A stretch of DNA of 64,000 nucleotides from Octopus sinensis (taxonomy: Eukaryota). Position numbers and translations under genes: made by a program. The stretch is taken from contig NC_043005.1 of assembly GCF_006345805.1 (NCBI RefSeq), positions 60,450,001-60,514,000 of the forward strand, read 5' to 3'. Below the pieces are notes generated by a model. The model did no database searches. It worked only from the letters and a program-made list of their open reading frames with translations, and was not told the origin of the DNA. Within the stretch, counting starts at the first letter, position 1. Each line of letters starts with the position of its first letter. Shown piece after piece: positions 1-13,315 of the stretch.

Positions 1-438
1 TATATATTTCTTTCATAGTCCATCTTTCTGCACATGATAACAAAGCATATATCACCTATACATAACAAGAAAATCATATCATAGCACATCTCTACACACA
101 AATAAATTATGTAATATTGCGATACGATTTTAGGCTTAATAATTTCTGGTTATCTCAGATAATCTTTCGTGACAACTTCTCATAAATAGCATTACGAAAG
201 GCAACTCTAAAAACTAAAATGAATTCTTGTTCATTACCATAATTTACGTCAGGCCTGATCAGAATTCTATCCTCCACAGCGTGCAGTATTGCCCATCGTT
301 GATGTAATCGTATCACGTATCTAGTAAAGGACCGCGACGTACACAAACATCCTAAAATTCATATAAAAGATCCTTCCACTGACTGGCAAGATGTAATTTT
401 CGAAAGGCCTGCGGCTGCTATTGCTGCTCCTGTTGCTG

Positions 439-513
<75 letters not shown>
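439..513. repeat. (CTA)n microsatellite within a mixed CTA/CTG triplet region (to ~750)
   Basis: Direct reading; explains the poly-Ser/poly-Val ORFs. Confidence 0.95.
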
Positions 514-514
<1 letters not shown>

Positions 515-1231
515 CGCTGCTGCTGTTAATACAAATTGTATACAAATACTACTAATACTACTACAATTGTTTCCGCAACATCATCTACTGATGCTACCAC
601 AGCTACTGCTACTATTGCTGCTACTGCACTTTTTACTACTACTACTACTACTACTACTACTACAACAACAAATAGTACTATAACTACAGCGCTCTGACTG
701 TTGCTGTTACTGCTGTTGGTACTACTATTACCACTGCTGCTACTGTTGCTATCTCCTGAGCTCAATATTTCTCTTTTCCTTTCTTTGGGCAGCGGTTTAA
801 GCAGAGAGTGATGTTGTTATACCCATGAAACCCTAGAGCTGCATAAGAGGTGAGAGGAAATCGAGACAGGAATAACAACACTTCGCTTAACGCGGAATGA
901 AATAAAGCCTCAAGTCAACGAGATTTTCTCTGGTTCGAACAAATTGGTTCTTTTAACACACTCCATATATTCTTGCATTGTAGACTGCCTTCTAAACTCG
1001 TCTGCACTCCTCCATCGTACTGCTTACTGTTTCATCTTAAGTCAATTCCTGTAGACAGTTGAATTTAAAATAAAATGGTAAAAGTGTATACCGAGTGCAA
1101 AGATAAGAAATGTAGCGTTTATGACAAAGGAACAGCAGTATTTTCTAGGGATGCAGTATGCAAGAACAAAATATTGTTTAATAGGATCTATATGTGAAAT
1201 AAAAATTTGAGATTACTTGACATTCGTAAAA

Positions 1232-1372
1232 CTGCCTAAGTCAATGTTTCTATCCACTCGCTAAGCTTTGATCGGATCGAGTCTATAATAGAAGACACTT
1301 GCTCAAGGTGCCTCGCGATGGGACTGAACCCAGAGATATGTGATTGACAAGCAAGCTTCTTACCACACTGCA
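1232..1372 (-). mobile_element. 5' part of tRNA-derived SINE family A (degraded)
   Basis: Similar to 39300-39445 and to the reverse complement of 28197-28345 (agaagacacttgctcaaggtg...gggactgaaccc...gcaagcttcttaccacac). Confidence 0.75.
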
Positions 1373-1387
1373 ACTATTCTCTTTTTG

Positions 1388-1640
<253 letters not shown>

Positions 1641-1925
1641 CCTTCAATTTTGCAGCGTGGCTATAATTATAGATTATCGCAATAATATATTCTACAGTAC
1701 TATTGCATTTATTGTTCGTGATGTTGCTAGAATATTTGTTGGAAATCTACCTCGTGGATGTTGTATAGATCGCTAAAAACCTAGCTACAATGAAATGTGA
1801 CTTCAATGGCTTCTGTTGATGGATTTTTCTACTCACCGTACTCAATCGCATTTTTATTTAATTTTCATTTAAAAAAAACTATTGATGTATTTCTCGAACT
1901 GTGAATAATAAAGGCAATAATAGTA

Positions 1926-1932
1926 GTTATAG

Positions 1933-1988
<56 letters not shown>

Positions 1989-2110
1989 TTACTGCAACTA
2001 CTACTACTAATGCCACTGCTGGTGCAACAAGAGTTATATTCACCAATAATGATAATAACACTAACGATGATGATAATAATAATAACAATAATTATTATTA
2101 TCATTATTCT
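1926..2110. repeat. Compound triplet microsatellite (CTA/CTG/AAT/ATT)
   Basis: Direct reading. Confidence 0.9.
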
Positions 2111-2112
2111 GA

Positions 2113-2275
2113 CCGGAATGCTGGCAGAATCATTTGCGCCCCGGGCCAAATGCTTAACGGCATTTCACCCGTCCCTATGTTCAAATTCCGCCGCTTCCGA
2201 CTCTGCTTTTCATTCTTTCGGCGTCGATAATCTAAGTACCAGTCAAGCACTGGGTTTGATGTAATAGACTTCAAA
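2113..2275 (+). mobile_element. Degraded SINE family B (tRNA-like head gctggcagaa...ttcaaattccgccg, core ttcat..ttcgg.gtcgataa..aagtaccag)
   Basis: Similarity to better-preserved copies at 24305-24528, 37380-37610 and 56115-56338. Confidence 0.7.
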
Positions 2276-2350
2276 ATTTCAGGCGTTGTGCCTATTGTAG
2301 AGAGGGTTTTCATTATTATTATTATTATCATTATTATTATTATTATTATT

Positions 2351-3240
2351 CTATGTTTGACTTTTGCTTTATATTTGTACAAGTTGGCTCCAAGTCTCAC
2401 CCAGAGACCTCAAGAGACAACAGGGTTGGAAGTTCATGTTGTTGTTATGCCTAGTGTGCCATATATTTGGGGGGTGGGGATGTTGTACTAATGAATGTCT
2501 AAAAAAAAATTTTTTTTTTTTTTTTTTTTTTTTTAAACCGAAAATTATGGTTGTTTTAAACCTTGAGGTTACATAGAGAGTATTTTGCGTAGGATATGAG
2601 CAGTTCCCATGAGCACTATCTTTTGAACTTCTGCCATTTTTGGGTTTCCTGGTATCTGAGTTAGGTAGCTATCAGCCCCTTTTGCTATCATTCCCAGGGC
2701 ACCTATGACAACAAGTATTGTTTTAGTCTTTGCTGATTTCTATTTCAAGATCTTTATATTTGCTCAGTTTTTGGTAGGTCCTGACAGATACGTTTATATC
2801 GATTGGGACAGTCATATCAATGAGGAGGCATGTTCTTTGTTTGAAGTCTTTCAATATGATGTCTGGCCTATTTGCATCTATCTTCCTGTCAGTTTGAATG
2901 GTGAAGTTCCAGAGGAGTGAGATGTGGTCATTTTCAAGCACTGGGGGTGGTTTGTGTTCCCACCAGTTTTTTTCATGGGGCAAATCCAGGTTTTTACAGA
3001 TTACCCAGTGAATATATTGTGCAGCTCTATCGTGCCTGTTGAGATACTCTGTAGGCGCTAGAAGACTGCACTTGGAGACCACATGGTCAATGGTTTCATT
3101 TTGTTGCTTGCATACACGACACGTTGGACTGCTTCTGATCTTTAATATGTTGGCCTGGTAGTTTCTTGTTGGTAGGCATTGATCTTGAGCTGCTATGATA
3201 AACCCCTCTGTTTCAGATTTTAAGCCAGAGGCCATTAGCC
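2351..3240 (-). mobile_element. 5'-truncated R4/Dong-like non-LTR retrotransposon (CCHC knuckle, PD-(D/E)xK restriction-like endonuclease, 3' UTR)
   Basis: ORF 2723-3235: ETEGFIIAAQDQ, CRVC..ETIDHVVSKC, RPDIILKD..LLIDMTVP, KLSKYKDL; frameshifted tail VVIGALG...LRKILSM* ends ~2569; 3' UTR ends at (TAA)n at ~2350. Confidence 0.9.
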
Positions 3241-3242
3241 AT

Positions 3243-3244
3243 TG

Positions 3245-3325
<81 letters not shown>

Positions 3326-3329
3326 ATCA

Positions 3330-3383
<54 letters not shown>

Positions 3384-3465
3384 GTATTATTGTTATTATT
3401 ATTATTATTATTAATATTATTATTGTTGTTGTTGTTGTTGTTGCTGCTCTTGTGTTGTTGTTATC
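3243..3465. repeat. (ATT)n/(GTT)n microsatellite between two R4-like elements
   Basis: Direct reading. Confidence 0.95.
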
Positions 3466-3499
3466 GTTATGGTATTTCTTCGTAACACAGTGTAGGTAA

Positions 3500-4440
3500 A
3501 AATGCAGCGGAGTCTTTAGTTATCCGTCAAGTCATAACAAGGATCTCAGAGAGATAATACTTTCCTTAAGATGCACGCTTAGCCAAATAAGACTGCTTTT
3601 TGCAAGACATCAATCTTGCATGGTATTTCCAGTTGCCTTAAGAAGTGCTCCGATGACTACTGGTATCACTTCTACATTACCCCCTCGCATTCCATACACT
3701 CTTGCCATTTTCACTTTCAATTCGGAGTACTTGGTGATGTTTTCAACTTCTTTACTCACAACATTCATGTCATTTGGTATGGCTACAACAATGATCTGAC
3801 AGCATTTGTCTCTCTTACTCAATATGACAATATTCCGCCGATGGTTTTCTATTACACGATCCGTCTGAAAATCATAGTCCCAGAGTATCGCTACTTTTCC
3901 ATCCTCCTGCATAACTTTACTTGGTACATGCCCATACCAGTACTCAGTTACTTCATATTGGTATTCACGGCATAAGATCCAATGAAGATACACACTTTTT
4001 ATAGTGACGGCTCTCTTATTCCTTTTTGCACATGGCTCTCACATCCACTTAACCAAGTGGGTTACATTTTCCACACTATTTCCACTTTTCCACAGAGTCT
4101 GCATTTCTGAGTAGAAGAAGTTTTATAGATGTTATAATTCACTGAATTGGTTGCGAGAGTTTGATCTTGTGCTGCAATAATCAGGCTTTCGGTGGTACGC
4201 TTCAAATCACCTCACTCAAGCCATGTTTACCATACTGTATTCATTTCAAAGTGTCTATGCACTCTCATTTCAAGGTCTTCTTTTCTCTTCTCCAGCCATC
4301 ATTACATAGTTCATTAGAAATGTGTCTAAAACTAGATTATTTAATGCATCGTTCTATTATTGGAGAGAAAGTGAGACAGGGAGAGAGAGTTAAGATAGTG
4401 AGAGAGAGAGAGTGCTATCTGAAAGAGTTTTTCTCCTTGT
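3500..4440 (-). mobile_element. Older, degraded R4/Dong-like LINE 3' fragment (second family)
   Basis: Minus-strand SLIIAAQDQTLATN, CRLCGK..ENVTHLV, LHWILCREY, ILWDYDFQTDRVIE, VIPVVIGAL. Confidence 0.8.
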
Positions 4441-4656
4441 GAAGTAGGTGGAGCAGATGGTAGAAACGCTCTCGTTGGTCATATGTATGAGAGTATATTA
4501 GCTCGGTGCCTCTTTTGCTAGATGGAACCAAGATTGTTACAAGTTCAAAAGCAAGGACATTGCGTTCGGTGCTATTTAAAAGTCAAGGAAGTACCAGCAA
4601 ATGGTATAAAAGAGCAAGGCTTCAGTAGATACATATTGACAGAAGCTGTGCAGAGT

Positions 4657-4711
<55 letters not shown>

Positions 4712-6904
4712 AAGGGAACGAGAGAAACGATAATACTAATATCATAATAGGTTATAATACATTATGTTGAGTAAATTTTATAATCCAACTTGATTGTGTA
4801 AAATTTTCTGTGAAACATATCTTTGGATGAAGTTCGATTTGCATCACACTATTCTTGTTCGATTTGCAGAGCTTTCTCTGATTGAAGGTAATCATTAATA
4901 TTACTTTGCAGTACTTTTCTCCGTCATGACATATATACACACATTAAAATTTCATTGACGTTGTCGTAGACACAGTTAAATGCGGGTTTCATGAAAGAGA
5001 CTATCAAGATTTCCACTTGCATACTTAAAACTCATCAACTATGATATCCATAACACTGAAAATAGAGGATAAGACAGGTCTGGACACATTGATTGGTTCA
5101 ATCATTTATAAGTTGTTATAAGTGAGAAAATGTTTTAAGAGTTGTCAGAAAGAGGTTTACTCCAAATAATCGATATTGTATACCACAAGTATACAATATA
5201 CATATTAGAAATTATTACTATTATTAATAGATTACACGAAATGATTGGAAGTATCACTAGAAGATCGGACAAAAAGATCTGCGGTAATTAGTTATTCTAT
5301 TTCAGTTCTGAGTTTATATCACACTGAGGTTCACTATGACGTTCTTCTTTCTGTAACTGGTGAAAAATGTACCAGCGTGCTACTGAAGAGAACGTCTGCT
5401 TCACAAGACTAAATCATTGTGTGCATTTGTTTTCAAATATCATTTTAAATTCTCATTGCGTTTGGGGCAAATCTTGTCCTTAAGAACGTTGCAGCGGATC
5501 GTTAATGCAATAATTATGCACAACATAGTTCTCTACACAGACGCGAGTATGGCTGTGTATATAGGCTCAAGCAGGGCAGTGTATAGAGACAAGAGTATTA
5601 TTGCATGGTTAAAAAGCTCACTTTGCATCCGTCTATTTTCGGGTTCAGCTCCACTGTGCGGCACATTGGGATAGTGTTTTCTACGCATTTAATGTCCTGA
5701 GAGTAAATCTGGAAACCAAAATCTCTGTAGATGCCCGGATTCTATGTGTGTTTTTGTGTCTTTATTTGCCTCCCTCACAACTGACGTTCGGTATTGCTTT
5801 ATTTTCGTCCTCGAAACAGACTGGTTCTGCAAAAGCGACTAATAGATTAAGTGCCAGATTTACAAATAAATAATTGTATCGATCTGTTTGATTAGAACCT
5901 TCAAGGCAGATTTCCTAAAATATATGCTGTTTAATGACTGAAACATAAAAAAAGGAATATATTTTTGTTGCCTTGGATATCTTATTTCATTAGAATTAAC
6001 TGTGAATACAAGTGGAAATCTAGAGAGTTTGTGCCTTAAACACTAGCACTTAGATGTTCTTCATGTCAGTCAAATTTCACTGTTGAAACCGCATTGCGTA
6101 AACACGAGCAACAAGGCGCAGCGTTTGTTTAAAGCCCAGTGTTAGTTTGAAGGCAAAGTGCTCTTAAGTTTTCAAAACTGTCACTAGTTTCCAAATGCGG
6201 TGTTAACTTTCTCAGTAAATGTAGATTACAGTACACTATCGAATTAATTTGCTAAATAAATGCTACATAATGAAGATATATTAGGTCGCATGACGACTCA
6301 TATCATTACCACATCGAAAATGTAAAATAGTTAGTAATCATGTAAAAATAAATGAATTAAAATATTCTTCGGATATTCCATGAATTATAGAAACGTTGCA
6401 AGAATTCAACTGAGAAATGTAAAGAGAGATATAATTGTGTTAAAGATGTTAGACATTGATCATAGAAGGTAAATACAAGAAAACTATTATTTATACACAC
6501 ATTAGTTTACATCGTGATCTACAGCGTTTTCATTTTTCTGTTATCAAACTTCTGCTATTGAATTAGGCTCTATTCAACTAAATATAAAATGAGACCAAAG
6601 ACTCTTATGAAAGCAATCCAACGTTCTTCCAGTAAGACAGCTTCCTTTGATCATAATTCTTGTCTTTTTTTTTCTTTTGCTTTGAATTATTATGTCTCAA
6701 TACTATCAGCACGTCTCCTTGAATCGAAACCTTTCGTATGTGTTCAAATGATATCTCATATCTACTTCTCAGTAAACACGTATTTATCCAATTTATGAAT
6801 CTCCTTTTATCTGATTTGTAAGACGAGTCTATAGGCATGATTCAACCCATTTGGTTATCTTTATCCCGATATTCAATTCATGTGCATGTACATAGATATT
6901 GCAT

Positions 6905-7024
6905 ATCAATACATACATACATACATATATACATATATATACATATATATACATATATGCACACCGACATTCACACAGATATATATCGGCTAATCTACAT
7001 ATATGTCCCCACACAACAAAGATT

Positions 7025-7063
<39 letters not shown>

Positions 7064-7210
7064 GCATATATGTATACATATATATATATATACACTTACG
7101 TATATATATTTATTTATACGCACACATATATATATACACATACATATATATATACACATACATATATATATATATATACACATACGCATATATATATGCG
7201 TGAGTGCGTA
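6905..7210. repeat. Compound (TA)/(CATA)/(CA) low-complexity tract
   Basis: Direct reading. Confidence 0.9.
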
Positions 7211-9271
7211 CGCTTTATATGTAAGTATTCAAACGTGTATGCAAGTGTGCGTATTCATGTATGCATGTACGTTATGTATGTTCTTTATGTAAACACTTCT
7301 TAATACGTGAACATAATAAGAAAGAGTACTTGTCATTGCATTAACTTCTACGAACTTAAAGATTTATAGTTGTAGCTTTGTAGCAAAGCTCACATGATGA
7401 TTCTGGTCGGTGTTGGCATGAACACATTGGCGTATTTAATGACATTCGCTTTCAAAATTGATATATTTAGCTTGACCTTCTTGTCAAGTGTCACTGAGTG
7501 TTGAAAATATCATAAATGAAAAATAGCATAAGAGTTACCGTCACTTTTATAAATGTTTCCGTACACTCTGCATAAAGTAGGCTAAATGATGCCGCTATTC
7601 ATTTTCATTCCAACTGTCTTTCGTCTGTAAGAACGCCTCCCGATGACCATTTATCTTCTAAACGTTTATACAGTGTAAAGAATTAGGCCAACATCTTTGT
7701 ACATTAAATTAAATTATATGATGACACTATTACTGCTCCGTGTCACAGAAACTGTGGGGTAGTAAACATTTTAGTTTAAGAATACTTTCAACTGATTTCC
7801 TTTTCATGCAGTTATTAGTAAACATTATTTTCAATATGTTTCTCATTTTCTTTACAGAAAATTAAAACTGCTCTCGTTATTAGATTACGTGTAAACATGA
7901 GTTACAAACAAATGTCATGCAAGGACATTAAATTATGTCGAAATTCTAAAAAAAAAAAGATATTTAAACTTTTCATTATTATTAGTTTCTGCTTGCAAAT
8001 CTGAGGCAGGCTTTATTATTAAAGTTTCAAGAAGACAACCATTAGAGATGAATAAATCCCATGATTTACAATAACGTTCGCCTTTGGGACTCGCGTCTTT
8101 GTTTTCTAGCATACACAGAGGAAAACTGTTCCACTGTGTTTATTTCTATATTGTTGGGTGCTATCCTTTGAAAGTTGTAATTCAAGTCTAACAATTTTAT
8201 GCTCTGACATTATTTTAACGTTTATAAAAAGAAAGAACTTAATTTATTTTTCTATTTGTTTGGCCTGCTATTTGATATGAAACGTTATTTCGATCAGATT
8301 GTATTTTATTTTTGAAGGGTCATACTATATGAACTGTCTAAGAAACAAGCTATAATAATTATATATTTCAAAACTATTTTTATGTTTCGTATTGTCAGAA
8401 ATTCTGCAAATATAATTGTTCAGGTTGTATACTCTTCAAACATACATTTGCTTCATTGGGATGAAGACATACATAAAAGAAAGTTTGAAACAGATTAATT
8501 TAATATGGTTCAGCTTCAATATTAGCTACGTTTTTATCAAACCGCGTCTTATATTAGCAAGTAATCATTCATTAAATATTTACTAAGCTTAATCAAATTA
8601 CATCAATTTGATTACTTAAGTTGGACAAAAGAAAACGCTTTTAATGTATTGCAGTATACATTAAGAAAACTGAACATGAAAAATATCAAAGATTTACTTA
8701 CACTTATACTTAGTAAACGATATTATCGGATGTAAATTCGAAACTCTGGGATTCCATTTTGCATCGTAAACCTCGTATCAAATTTTTCTTTGCCGATGTT
8801 TATATGAAATAGTGAACCTACAGACAGTCGTAATCAATTTAATCCCTTATACTTGAGGAATTCATAAATTATTTGTCGTTTGATATAAGAAAATTATTTT
8901 CCATTTATATTCCTTGAGACAATAACCTTTCAATTATTGCTGGTTTTTCTTTTTTTTTTGGCAACATTTAAAAGTAGAGCAATTGGTTAGTAACAGCTAC
9001 TGGGGAAATATTTTTTGTCTATACTGTGGATGAGGTCGTATAACTAAAAGTAATTATGAATGTATTACGTTATACTCTGTCTACATGAGTTTGCTTCCAG
9101 TTCAATATTTAAAACATGAGGAATTATGTACATTATTTACATTTGAAAGATAATTGTCCTCATCTTGTTTGTTGTTAACACAACGTTTCAGCTTATATAT
9201 CCTCCAGCCTTCATCATATATGTTGGAGTAATTTCGAACCTGGGTTCTCATTCCTAAGGTATTTTTAGATG

Positions 9272-9307
<36 letters not shown>

Positions 9308-10252
9308 TATCGAACTAGGAATCTTGGAATTAATAGCCCGCGCTCTTAACCACTACGCCATATGACCACGGGCATATGGTGTAGTGGTTTGAAATAGATT
9401 AATTTGAGGACAAATATCCGTCAAATGTAAATTATGTAAATAATGTAAATAATGAGTTTGCTTGTTAGTTCAAAATCATATGTATTGCATGTTATAATTT
9501 GCGATTTTGAAGAGGTATCAAATATATCCGTTCATGGAACCTTGTCATATATTTTGCATAACTGACTTTATGGAACTAAAATGGAAGTATTTGGACTTGA
9601 CGTAACCTACGAGGTATGATATTGTTAATTCGTTTTTTATACATCGAATACCTTTGATGATTAACATGCCTTAAATAATGAACAAGACTAATAATTGTAG
9701 GTTATGAATTACTGACAATATATTAATATTCTACTACTCACAACAACAAAGTTAGAATTCCTTATCAAATATATACACGATCAAAACTTAATCCTGAGAT
9801 TTGCTGGGAGTTTTCTTGAATGTACTATTAAAATAACAAGTCCGCGTATATTCATCAGATAGAAAATGTTCCGAATCTGCAAATCAATGTTTTAGAACTT
9901 CAAAAACTTTTACTTCAACACATCCACGGAATTCAGAGTGGAAATCTACTATCCAACAGCCTCTTATGCATCATTTGATTGCATTGTACTTATGCTTTTC
10001 TCTGTGTTTCTAACAAACTGTCTATACAATAAGAAATATTGAATTTCTAAATCTCTCGTAGAGACATGTACGGTGGTAGGGCGATAGAATGGTTGTATAC
10101 TGTCAATCTAACAAGAACGTGACAGTAGGGGGTACACCACCGCTGTATAGCCCTAGGAAGCATCGAACGCCTCCTGATAGCTTTGACACATTTTTTCCCT
10201 GTGTCCTTATATAGATATACGAAGGGGTGACAAACACCCCCGGCTGCCGGAA

Positions 10253-10310
10253 CTGCATCTAGGGACACCGTGTTTCAGGATCATTGTCCTTCATCGGCCT
10301 AGAGTAGCAG
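10253..10310 (-). ncRNA. Same hammerhead in the inverted arm
   Basis: Reverse complement of 10425-10482. Confidence 0.75.
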
Positions 10311-10424
10311 ACGAGAGATTTAGAAATTCAATATTTCTTATTTTGATAATCAGTGAATAAACTTCACTGAATATAGATATATAGAATTACGAAGTCGAGG
10401 CAAATATCACCAGCTGACCGGTAT

Positions 10425-10482
10425 CTGCTACTCTAGGCCGATGAAGGACAATGATCCTGAAACACGGTGTCCCTAGATGCAG
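10425..10482 (+). ncRNA. Type I hammerhead ribozyme, U4C core variant (CCGAUGA)
   Basis: tctagg-CCGATGA-AGGA(caatga)TCCT-GAAAC-acggt-GTC-cctaga; stem I extends via ctgc/gcag; near-palindromic stem III. Confidence 0.75.
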
Positions 10483-11414
10483 TTCCGGCAGCCGGGGGGT
10501 GTTTGTCTCCTCTTCGTATATCTATATAAGGATACAGGGAAAAAATGTGTCAAAGCTATCAGGAGGCGTTCGATGCTTCCTAGGGCTATACAGCGGTGCT
10601 GTACCCCCTACTGTCACGTTCTTGTTAGAATGACAGTATACAACCATTCTGTCTATACAATTTTGTCTAACAATCATTTTTCATTCTCTCATTTCACGTT
10701 GTGTCTCGTACTTTCTTTTCTCAACTTCTCCACTTTATTCCTTATGGGTAAGTCAAAACTTTCTAAGGGATAGATTTTCAGCAGAAAAACGTCATGTATA
10801 TCAGAGAACGATTTTGAGCTTACTTTGTTTCGAACGTATATATACTAATTGCTGTTGCATTTCATCATTCGTGAACGAATTGCTTATCGATGGGTGCCGA
10901 TGTCTGTCGAGAATCAATACGTATTTCATTGTTTTCAACGGTGAACAAGGGTATCGTTTTGGTGATAACAATAAGCGCCTGCAATTAACGTTTTTGCTGA
11001 ATTCGAAAAATTGACCGACTGTTCAATGCAATCAACTCGCCATTTAATGAAACTGAATCATTTGTTTGATAAACTAACATCGGTTGTCAATTAAAAAAAT
11101 TTCGATCAATTATAATTCTGTAGCTATTCCATCAATGGACAACTTGATAAATTTCGATCTACTGACCATTTTCTTGCGTTAGCTTATATATTTTAAGTTC
11201 TGTTGGCTGATATCTATATTACTTTTGAATATTAAACAATAGATTTAGCCTATAATAACGCTAATATATTTTATCATAAAAGTTATTATAGGCTAAATCT
11301 ATATACATATTTTATCATACTGGAATTCGATCAAATGTTCTGATTATATTTTATGAAATTCTATCACCTGACAGTTTAAAGGGGAGTTGGATCAACAATT
11401 CCGATAACTTCACC

Positions 11415-12321
11415 TACACGTCGTGGTATCAAAATGTTCCAGGACTAGTCCTGTAGCACGCTAACAGGTGACGGCACACTGTTGCATGCGCAGTGAGAAG
11501 TAGTAGTGGCCATCGTACGGCAATGTGCCGAATGGCCTTGCTGTGTTTACTTCGCAATTTGTGAAATTTTTATTTTATTGATCATGTTAATGTTATAGTC
11601 TGCGATTTTGTCATGGAGAGGAACAAAGAACCAACTTGAAGTTTTGTGGGGGAAGTGGGGACTTCTGCTACAGAGACAATGAGCACATTTCGGCAAGATT
11701 ACGGCGGTGAGGCAATGGCTCGTATGCAATGATTCGAGTGATACGGGCGTTACAAAAGCGGAGGAACATTCCTGAAAGACGATGAGCGATCTGGAAGACC
11801 TCTCACGTGTGTCACCCCCGGAAATGTGATATTTTGCATCTATTATTCTTCCCACTTCGGCCAGACCGTCAGTGGAGAGTTCCACTGTAACGTTCTGAAG
11901 CATTTAAGGGAGGACATTCAATGAAAGCGACCGGATCTGTGGTGCACAAAGAATTGTATTCTTCACCGAGCTCTCTTCATTCGTGAGCTTCTCGCAAAAA
12001 AGAACATGTTATCGCTTCTGCATCCACCCTATTTGCCAGATTCAGCATCTGGTGACTTCCATCTTTTTCCGAAGATAAAAACGCAGCCCATAGATCACCG
12101 TTTTAAAAACGTTGTCGTGATGGAGAGCGAATAGCAAAAATTCTCGACTCGCCTACGGAAAACGAATTCCAAAACGTATTCTAAAAATGGCAGGAACAGT
12201 GGAACCGGTGTATTGCAGCGCAAGATGTCTATTTCGAAAGATATGGTGTAAAAGCCTAGGAAAATAAGTAATTTTTTTATTAAACATAAGTAGTCCTGAA
12301 ATCTTTTCATGCCACCTCGTA
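11415..12321 (+). mobile_element. Internally deleted, degraded mariner (Tc1/mariner) transposon
   Basis: Imperfect TIRs (tacacgtcgtggtatcaaaatgttccaggacta / tagtcctgaaatcttttcatgccacctcgta); C-terminal transposase remnants HPPYLPDSASGDFHLFPKIK and WQEQWNRCIAAQDVYFE. Confidence 0.8.
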
Positions 12322-12756
12322 TATTTTAGAATGTGGTATACTTACGAGAGGCTGTGCGAAGACACAGTTTGCGATAATGATGCTGCCATAACATCGTCTG
12401 CAGTGAGAACATTTCTCGATATGATGAAGTGATATGAATATAAATTATCGAACATGGGAGAAACAAAAGAGTGAAGGTAAAAGAAAGGGAAAACAAGAGA
12501 AAATAAATTAAGGGGGGGAGTGGAAAGAGGAAGTTGAATTAGATGCGTAGTAGGATAAGGTTGAACATGAGAAGAAAGGGTATCGTGTAGATCTCAGGAT
12601 AGGAATTTGAAGTATCTTGCATTGTCTTTTGGGTATCCATGTGTTTTACTGTTTCGAATGTTAAATAAACCTAAAACGGGACGTATCATGAGTCTTATAT
12701 TTTGTACATAAGAAGAGAACAGAAGGTTTTCTATATTCTTTGAAGAATTCAGATTT

Positions 12757-12950
12757 TGACACAAGGCCAGTAATTTCGATGGAAGGGTAAATCGATTACG
12801 TCGACCCCAGTGGTAAAAGGTAATTGTTTTATCGATATGAAAGGATGAAATGGAATGTGGACCTCGGCAGAATTATCAACTGAGAAAGTAAAGACCCACG
12901 AAATGCCGCTAAACATTTTGCCCGGTGTGCTATTTTGTCAGCTCGACACC
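12757..12950 (-). mobile_element. Degraded SINE family B
   Basis: tcgattacgtcgaccccagt...ttatcgat...gacctcggcagaatt...ctaaacattttgcccggtgtgcta. Confidence 0.75.
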
Positions 12951-13269
12951 CTAATTCTTTTATCAATATTGCCAGGAAGAATCCCTGCTTTCGTTTAGCA
13001 GTGACGTGACACGCAAGTTATATTTGCGTTCAATATGAATATACCTTTAATGATATTCTTTAGCACCTATACACCTATACATGCGAGGTCTACAATTCCT
13101 CGATATTTCAGGTCTCAGATATATTTCGACAATGCAATTTTGCTTATTTCTGTTTCTGAACAAATACACGATCAGACTAAATTTGGCTTTAAATGTATCC
13201 CCATATAGTATTGTATTATTTATCTCCTAATATGATAATGAACATTGTGTTTTATATATCTTTATATAT

Positions 13270-13315
<46 letters not shown>

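Larger units (their letters stand above)
10031..10648. mobile_element. Non-coding HHR-bearing element (Penelope pLTR/retrozyme-like) with a divergent inverted duplication
   Basis: 10086-10311 is the reverse complement of 10424-10650; 10028-10059 is the reverse complement of 10311-10342; 13-bp direct repeat ctgtctatacaat at 10018-10030 and 10649-10661. Confidence 0.85.
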
